From positions 1,632,001 to 1,696,000 of the forward strand of contig OZ242260.1 in NCBI GenBank assembly GCA_965207065.1: a DNA stretch of 64,000 nt, given 5' to 3'. Position 1 is the stretch's first letter; every line of letters starts with the position of its first letter. Position numbers and translations under genes: made by a program. Source of the DNA: a bacterium. GTDB taxonomy: Bacteria; UBA8248. Below the pieces are notes generated by a model. It saw nothing but the letters and a program-made list of their open reading frames with translations. It was not told where the DNA came from and did not search any database. Positions 57,701 to 64,000 of the stretch are shown here, piece after piece.

Positions 57701-57804
57701 TACCCAACCTCGAAAATAATAACAATAAGAAAAAACGAGAGATTTTTTAAGGCGATGAGGATACCCCAAAGCGATGGAGATGGCTCCTCGCGTTTAGTTT
57801 TCGG

Positions 57805-57833
57805 TTGACATCAAGTATTGCCCTCATTATCCT
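57805..57833 (+). promoter_or_regulatory. Sigma70-type promoter for the TAXI operon
   Basis: TTGACA-17bp-TATCCT. Confidence 0.55.
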
Positions 57834-58009
57834 TCAACTAGCGATCATCCCGAATATAAAGCGTCGGCAATGGCGATAACGATAGGCATTCTGCAGAATT
57901 CGTCATTTGCGAGTAATGGGCGTATGTACTGCTTATACAGAGGAAACGCGCATCAGCAATGCTTGGCAAGTTCATTTTCCCCCCTCACCTCACTCAAGGA
58001 GAATACACG

Positions 58010-59002
58010 ATGAAAAGGACAATGAAATTCATACTCGCTTCCGTCGTGGCGGTTTCGCTGGCGGGAGCGGCGGTTCCGGCAAGCGCCGCGAAATTCCTCG
58101 TGGTCGGCGGCGGCTCAACCACGGGCGTGTACTACCAGGTCGCTCTCAACGTCTGCAAGCTGGTGAACAAGAACCTGAAGGGCAAGGGCTACAACTGCAT
58201 CGGCCGTCCCGCCCTGGGTTCGGTGTTTAACATCAACGCCATCAAGCGCGGCCTGCTGAACTTCGGCGTTGCCCAGTCCGACAGGAACTTTCAGGCGTAT
58301 AACGGCACAGCCGACTGGAAGGGCAAAGCCTATAAGGGCCTGCGCAGCGTCTTCAGCGTTCACCCGGAAACCATCATGCTCGTCGCGCGCGCGGATTCGG
58401 GCATCATGAAGGTGTCGGATCTCAAGGGACGCCGGGTCAACATCGGCAACCCCGGCTCCGGCCAACGCGGAAACGCGACGGACATCCTGAAAATTTACGG
58501 CATCGACATGAACAAGGACATCAAGGCCGAGGGTCTGCAGCAGGGCGGTGCGAACCGCGCGCTGGTGGACAAGAAGATCGACGCGTTCTTCTACACTGTC
58601 GGCAACCCCTGGGGCGGCGGTCTCGAGATCTCCAACAGCACGGCGATCCGCATGATTCCCGTGAACTCCATGGGCATCCAGAAGCTCGTGGCCGGCAAGC
58701 CCTACTACGTGATGACGAATATTCCGGGCGGCATCTACAAGGGCGTCAAGAAAGACGTGCCGACCTACGCGGTGAAGGCCACTTTCGTGACCGGTAAAAA
58801 CCAGCCCAACGACGTGGTCTACAACGTCGTGAAGACCATCTTCGATAATCTCGACCAGTTCCGCGCCACGCACGCGGCGTTCAAATACCTGACGAAGAAA
58901 GACATGCTCGGCGGCCTCTCGGCTCCCTTCCATCCGGGCGCCGTGCGTTATTACGAAGAAACAGGCCTGATGAAGAAGATGATGAAGAAGATGAAGAAGT
59001 AG
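58010..59002 (+). CDS. TAXI-family TRAP transporter solute receptor
   Basis: GSTTGVYY, GSVFNI, AQSD, GNPGSGQR, PFHPGAVRYY. Confidence 0.93.
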   Translation: MKRTMKFILASVVAVSLAGAAVPASAAKFLVVGGGSTTGVYYQVALNVCKLVNKNLKGKGYNCIGRPALGSVFNINAIKRGLLNFGVAQSDRNFQAYNGTADWKGKAYKGLRSVFSVHPETIMLVARADSGIMKVSDLKGRRVNIGNPGSGQRGNATDILKIYGIDMNKDIKAEGLQQGGANRALVDKKIDAFFYTVGNPWGGGLEISNSTAIRMIPVNSMGIQKLVAGKPYYVMTNIPGGIYKGVKKDVPTYAVKATFVTGKNQPNDVVYNVVKTIFDNLDQFRATHAAFKYLTKKDMLGGLSAPFHPGAVRYYEETGLMKKMMKKMKK

Positions 59003-59113
59003 TTCGAACGAACTTCCACCGCATGGGCCGGGGGGCCGATCGCCCTCCGGCTTCGTGTGGTGAATCGAGATCCAGTCTTTCACGAAATGGGTTTTCGTTT
59101 GAGGGGCGAATGA

Positions 59114-61363
59114 ATGAGCGAGCCGGGTGATTCCGCAGACGCCTTGAGCGCAGGGATAGACGAGGAATCGAAGAAGGCGGCGGAGGAAATCGCCGCCGAA
59201 GCGGAATCAGGCGGAAGGCAGCCCAAGAACCTCACAGCCTGGCTGGTCTCGGTTCTGGCTATCTCCTGGTCTTGTTTTCAGCTCTACATCGCCTACACAC
59301 CGCTTAACTCCATTATCGCCAGAAGCATCCATCTCACCTTCGCCATCACGATGGTCTATCTCGCTTTCCCGGGTACGAAAAAGCCCGGCGAGAGCTGGGT
59401 TCAGCGTGTATCGCTCCAGCTTTTCCCCGGCTTCTTGCGGCCCCAGCGCTCTACGCGGCAGGTCATCCCCTGGTACGACTACGCGCTCGCGATCCTCGCA
59501 GGTTTGGGCGCGCTCTACATGGCCTGGGATTACGTGAACATCATCCAGCGATCGGGTCTACCCATCCAGCGCGACGTCATTGTGGGGGCGATTCTCGTCC
59601 TTCTGCTTCTGGAGGCCGCGCGCCGCGCGCTCGGGCCCGCGCTGCCGATTCTCGCCATCTTGTTTTTGCTCTATTGCTTCGCGGGTCCCTACATGCCCTC
59701 GTTCATCGCGCATCCGGGCGTTCCGCTCGAATTCGTCGTGGACCACATGTATCTGAGCGACAGCGGCATCTGGGGCGTACCTATCGGGGTGTCGACGAGC
59801 TTCGTGTTCCTCTTCGTGCTGTTCGGCTCCCTGCTCGACAAGGCGGGGGCGGCGAACTACTTCGTGCAGGTGGCCTTCGCGGCGCTGGGCCGATTCCGGG
59901 GCGGACCCGCCAAGGCGGCCGTGGTCGCCTCGGGCATGACGGGGCTTGTCTCGGGCTCATCCATCGCGAACGTGGCGACGACGGGGACCTTCACGATTCC
60001 GCTGATGAAAAAAGTGGGCCTGCCCGCCTACAAGGCGGGCGCCGTGGAAGTGGGCGCGAGCACGAACGGACAGCTCATGCCGCCGGTCATGGGCGCCGCC
60101 GCGTTCATCATGGCGGAATTCCTGGGCCTCGCGTATCTCGACGTGGTGCGCGCCGCGATACTGCCGGCCCTGCTGTCTTATATCGCCCTGTTCTACGTCG
60201 TTCATTTAGAAGCGCTCAAGTTAAACTTAAGGCCGCTGAGAGAGGATGAACTGCCCTCGTTCTGGCACACGCTCATCAGCGGCATCCACTACGTCGTTCC
60301 CATCCTGGCGCTGATCTACACGCTCGTCATCCTGCGCATGTCGGCCGTGGCCTCGGCGTTCAACGCGATTCTGCTGACCATGGCGATCATCGTCGTCCAG
60401 CGTCCCATGCAGAACACCATCGCCGTCCTGGGCGATATGAAGCGCGAGAAGGGCGTCGCCCACCTGCGGGAGTTGTTCGGCGAGGCGCACTTCAAGGAGT
60501 TGGAGGATCGCCTCTGGCACGGTGTGCTCTCCGGTTTCGGCCAGAGCTTCGGCGACGTCTGGCAGGGGATGATGGCCGGGGCCAAGAACATGATGGGCAT
60601 CGGCGTGGCGACCGCGGCGGCGGGCATCATCGTCGGCACCGTGACGCTCACGGGGCTCAGCGGCCGCTTCATTGAATTGATTGAAATCATCTCTCTCGGC
60701 AACGTGGTGCTCATGCTCCTGCTCACCGCGTTGTGCTCGCTCATCCTGGGGATGGGCCTGCCCACGACGGCGAACTACATCGTCATGGCGACGCTCACCG
60801 CGCCCGTCATCGTGAGCCTGGGCGGGAAGGCGGGCCTCGTGGTGCCGCTGCTCGCAGCCCATCTGTTCGTCTTTTACTTCGGCATCCTGGCCGACGACAC
60901 GCCGCCGGTGGGTCTCGCCGCGTTCGCCGCCTCGGCGATAGCCAAGTCGGACCCCATCCAGACGGGCGTGCAGGGCTTCGTCTACGATTTGCGGACCGCC
61001 GTGCTGCCGTTCGTCTTCATCTTCAACCTGGAGTTGTTGATGATGCAGGGCGTCGGCCCCAAGGGCGAGATCATCTGGATCAACGACGTGATGAAAATCG
61101 CCTGGGTGTGTTTTGTCTCCCTTGTGGCGATGTTCGCCTTTGCGTCCGCGCTTCAGGGTTATTTCGCCGATAATTGCAACTGGGGCGAGCGGGCAGTGTT
61201 GATGGTGGTGTGCATCGCAGCGTTCAGACCCTCGCTCATCACGGATTTCACGAGCGGGCCGCGCCCCGTCGTGCAGCTCATCGCGGTGGCGATTTTCGCC
61301 GCATTGTACTGGTATCAGCACACCAGGCGAAAAGGGCAGACGCCGCAGCCGGCGCCCGCCTGA
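59114..61363 (+). CDS. TRAP transporter 4TM/12TM fused permease
   Basis: GGPAKAAV, GSSIANV, PPVMGAAAF, LGMGLPTTANY, DDTPPV. Confidence 0.94.
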   Translation: MSEPGDSADALSAGIDEESKKAAEEIAAEAESGGRQPKNLTAWLVSVLAISWSCFQLYIAYTPLNSIIARSIHLTFAITMVYLAFPGTKKPGESWVQRVSLQLFPGFLRPQRSTRQVIPWYDYALAILAGLGALYMAWDYVNIIQRSGLPIQRDVIVGAILVLLLLEAARRALGPALPILAILFLLYCFAGPYMPSFIAHPGVPLEFVVDHMYLSDSGIWGVPIGVSTSFVFLFVLFGSLLDKAGAANYFVQVAFAALGRFRGGPAKAAVVASGMTGLVSGSSIANVATTGTFTIPLMKKVGLPAYKAGAVEVGASTNGQLMPPVMGAAAFIMAEFLGLAYLDVVRAAILPALLSYIALFYVVHLEALKLNLRPLREDELPSFWHTLISGIHYVVPILALIYTLVILRMSAVASAFNAILLTMAIIVVQRPMQNTIAVLGDMKREKGVAHLRELFGEAHFKELEDRLWHGVLSGFGQSFGDVWQGMMAGAKNMMGIGVATAAAGIIVGTVTLTGLSGRFIELIEIISLGNVVLMLLLTALCSLILGMGLPTTANYIVMATLTAPVIVSLGGKAGLVVPLLAAHLFVFYFGILADDTPPVGLAAFAASAIAKSDPIQTGVQGFVYDLRTAVLPFVFIFNLELLMMQGVGPKGEIIWINDVMKIAWVCFVSLVAMFAFASALQGYFADNCNWGERAVLMVVCIAAFRPSLITDFTSGPRPVVQLIAVAIFAALYWYQHTRRKGQTPQPAPA

Positions 61364-61452
61364 CCCGCGCGGGCTACTCGGCCCGGCTTCATCTCTGATT
61401 GTCTCCAAGGTTCCAGAGCAAGATTGGGTTGTGATAGGCTTGTCGGCCTCAT

Positions 61453-61529
<77 letters not shown>

Positions 61530-61687
61530 GAGAAAAAACACTCTCTGTTGCCCAAGGGAGAATCACGTCTCGAAATAGTGAAATTCACCCCCTCCTGCAC
61601 TGCGCAAACCTGCTTGATTCTGCTACCTTATGGGCGGATGAATCTCCCTTATTCTTGAATCGTTCTATTTTTCACAGGAGCGCGTTC

Positions 61688-62875
61688 GTGCAGAATCATT
61701 CTTTACCCCTTTCCCGCTTCAAGGTCCTGGATCTCACCCGCGCGCGGGCCGGCCCCACGGCGGTTCGCCAGTTCGCGGACTGGGGGGCGGACGTCATCAA
61801 GATAGAAGCGCCCCCCGCGAGCGGTTTTTCGGACAACATGGCCCAACCCCGGGGCGGCTATGAGGCGCAGAACCTGCACCGCAACAAGAGAGGCATGACA
61901 CTTAACCTGCGCGAAGAAAAAGGCCGCGAGATATTCTTCCGCCTGGTGGAAGGCGCCGACGTCGTCATCGAAAACTACCGGCCCGACGTGAAGCACCGCC
62001 TGGGGGTGGATTACGAGGCGTGCCGAGCCGTGAACCCGCGCATCGTCTACGGGAGCATCTCCGGTTTCGGGCAGGAGGGGCCCTACCGCAAGCGGCCGGG
62101 GCTGGACATGACGGCCCAGGGGCTGAGCGGTCTCATGTCCGTCACGGGAAAGCCGGGGGGCGGTCCAATGCGGGTGGGCATTCCGCTCGCCGACCTCTCG
62201 GCGGGCTTCATGCTCGCGCAGGGGATTATGATCGCCCTGCTCGAGCGCGAAGTGTCGGGCGAGGGTCAATGGGTGCACACCTCGCTTCTCGAAGCCCAGA
62301 TTCAGATGATGGACTTTCAGGCCGCGAGATACCTTCTTTTTGAGGACGTGCCGACCCAGCAGGGGAATAACCACCCCACCTTTTTGCCGGCGGGCGTTTT
62401 CGAGACCGCGGACGGACAGATCATCATCCAGTCCGGCCCCCAGCATCTCTGGAAGCGCCTCGTACATGCTCTCGAAATGCCCGAACTCTTAGAGAATCCG
62501 GACTATGAGAGCGTACCCAGTCGATTCGAGAACAAAGAGGTCCTGCACGAGACTATCAATCAGCGTACGCAAACGAAGCCGGGTGCGGAATGGATCGACA
62601 TACTGAACGAGGCGGGAATCCCCTGCGGGCCCATTTACACGGTGGACAAGACGTTCGCCGACCCCCAGGTCAAGGGGCTGAACATGTCGCCCGAGGTCGA
62701 ACATCCCGAAAAAGGGCCCATTAAAATTGTGGGCCAGGCGGTGAAGCTCACGCGAACGCCGCAGAAAATGCGCAACTCGACGCCCGAGGTGGGCGAGCAT
62801 ACGGAAGAGATTTTGAATCAAATGGGCTACGATGCGGAAGCGATAAACCAATTGCGCGATGCGGGCATCGTCTGA
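61688..62875 (+). CDS. CaiB/BaiF family III CoA-transferase
   Basis: GTG start after AGGAG; RAGPTAVRQFADWGADVIKIE, ENYRP, SGFGQEGPY. Confidence 0.93.
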   Translation: MQNHSLPLSRFKVLDLTRARAGPTAVRQFADWGADVIKIEAPPASGFSDNMAQPRGGYEAQNLHRNKRGMTLNLREEKGREIFFRLVEGADVVIENYRPDVKHRLGVDYEACRAVNPRIVYGSISGFGQEGPYRKRPGLDMTAQGLSGLMSVTGKPGGGPMRVGIPLADLSAGFMLAQGIMIALLEREVSGEGQWVHTSLLEAQIQMMDFQAARYLLFEDVPTQQGNNHPTFLPAGVFETADGQIIIQSGPQHLWKRLVHALEMPELLENPDYESVPSRFENKEVLHETINQRTQTKPGAEWIDILNEAGIPCGPIYTVDKTFADPQVKGLNMSPEVEHPEKGPIKIVGQAVKLTRTPQKMRNSTPEVGEHTEEILNQMGYDAEAINQLRDAGIV

Positions 62876-62907
62876 AAACTATCCTGCCCCCTCGGGGGGC
62901 GCAGCGT

Positions 62908-63714
62908 ATGGAGCATGGAATGCAGTTATCGACGGAGAAGATGGCTTTCGAGGTGGACGGCGGCATCGGCTGGATGATCTTCAACAACCCCGAGCGGAGG
63001 AACGCGCTCTCGCTCGAGATGTGGGGGGCCATCGCCGAGATACTGGGTTCTTACGAGGCGGACGACGACATCCGCGTCGTGGTGATGAAGGGCGCGGGCG
63101 ATAAGGCGTTCGTCTCGGGCGCGGACATCTCCCAGTTCGCCAAGAACAGGAGCAACGCCGAGCAGGCCGCCGAGTACACGCGGATTTCCGAGGAAGCCAA
63201 AGAGATCATGGTGGGGATGAAAAAGCCGCTGATCGCCATGATCCAGGGCTATTGCCTGGGCGGCGGGCTGGGCATCGCGCTGAACGCCGACATCCGGGTC
63301 GCGTCGGACGATTCGCAGTTCGGCATCCCCGCCGGGCGTCTGGGCATCGCCTATGGCTTCGACAACCTGAAGCAGCTCGTCGATTTGGTGGGACCCGCCA
63401 AGGCGAAGGAGATTCTCTTCACCGCCCGGCGCATTCAGGCGGCGAAGGCCCTCGAAATCGGGCTGTTGAATGAAGTCGTGCCGGTCGACGAGTTGGAGAA
63501 CTACGTGGTGGACATGGCCTCCACCATCGCGAACAACGCGCCGCTCTCGGTCAAGGCGTCCAAGCTCACCATCGGCGAGGTGGTGAAAGACGGCGCCGAC
63601 CGCGATCTGGAGATGGTCGCCAGAATCTCGAAAGAGTGTTTCGACAGCGCCGACTATAAGGAAGGCCGCACGGCGTTCATGGAGAAGAGAAAGCCCGTCT
63701 TCACGGGCAGATAG
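62908..63714 (+). CDS. Enoyl-CoA hydratase/isomerase family protein
   Basis: AFVSGADI, GYCLGGG, EGRTAFMEKRKPVF. Confidence 0.92.
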   Translation: MEHGMQLSTEKMAFEVDGGIGWMIFNNPERRNALSLEMWGAIAEILGSYEADDDIRVVVMKGAGDKAFVSGADISQFAKNRSNAEQAAEYTRISEEAKEIMVGMKKPLIAMIQGYCLGGGLGIALNADIRVASDDSQFGIPAGRLGIAYGFDNLKQLVDLVGPAKAKEILFTARRIQAAKALEIGLLNEVVPVDELENYVVDMASTIANNAPLSVKASKLTIGEVVKDGADRDLEMVARISKECFDSADYKEGRTAFMEKRKPVFTGR

Positions 63715-63736
63715 AGGGCCGGTCCGGGAGAATCCG

Positions 63737-64000
63737 ATGAATGATGAGATATTCACCGAGGTCATCTCCCCCGCCGGTATTCCCAGGATACCGGATGAGG
63801 CCTTAAAGCCCAGACCGGAGGCGCTGGAAGGCGCGGTTCTCGGGATTTTGGAGAACAACAAGGAATTCTCCGACTGGGTGCTGGACAGGGTGCTTGAGAG
63901 GCTTCGAGCCTCGTTCGGCATCAAGGAGGTCGTCCAGCGCAGGAAGCATCACCTCGCCCAGGCGGCATCCCCTGAAATTATCGAGGAGTTGCACGCGCGC
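63737..64000 (+). CDS. UGSC-family-like (seleno)protein, N-terminal part, truncated by window end
   Basis: Not in the ORF track: MNDEIFTEVISPAG..LKPRPEALEGAVLGILENNKEFSDWVLDRVLERLRASFGIKEVVQRRKHHLAQAASPEIIEELHAR; GGGAG RBS. Confidence 0.65.
   Translation, partial: MNDEIFTEVISPAGIPRIPDEALKPRPEALEGAVLGILENNKEFSDWVLDRVLERLRASFGIKEVVQRRKHHLAQAASPEIIEELHAR

Overview
A 64 kb, mostly GC-rich bacterial window. Gene content and secreted ankyrin proteins suggest a Nitrospinota/Tectomicrobia-like, possibly sponge-associated organism, but that is inference only. Housekeeping genes include thiL, thiE, serS, citrate synthase, tRNA-Pro(TGG), a plsY-like gene and mlaA. There is a complete arginine-to-spermidine operon, many transporters (TTT, LIV-type ABC, TAXI-TRAP, OppF) and catabolic enzymes. 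The accessory stretch holds three secreted ankyrin proteins, decayed toxin-antitoxin genes, a Fic pair and several REP-like palindrome families. The main hidden signal is selenocysteine recoding that the ORF track splits in two. At 7615-8214 an AhpD/CMD-family gene has TWO in-frame TGA codons replacing both cysteines of the catalytic CxxC (U-Y-G-U-A-M-N-H), followed by a SECIS-like hairpin. At 41144-41830 a second AhpD/CMD gene has C-K-Y-U and a very clean SECIS-like hairpin. A UGSC-like (seleno)protein starts at the right edge, and a YqeC-like gene plus an orphan molybdenum hydroxylase large subunit lie near the UxxU gene. No CRISPR array, rRNA or intact transposase was seen. All calls are from reading the sequence by eye; no searches were run.
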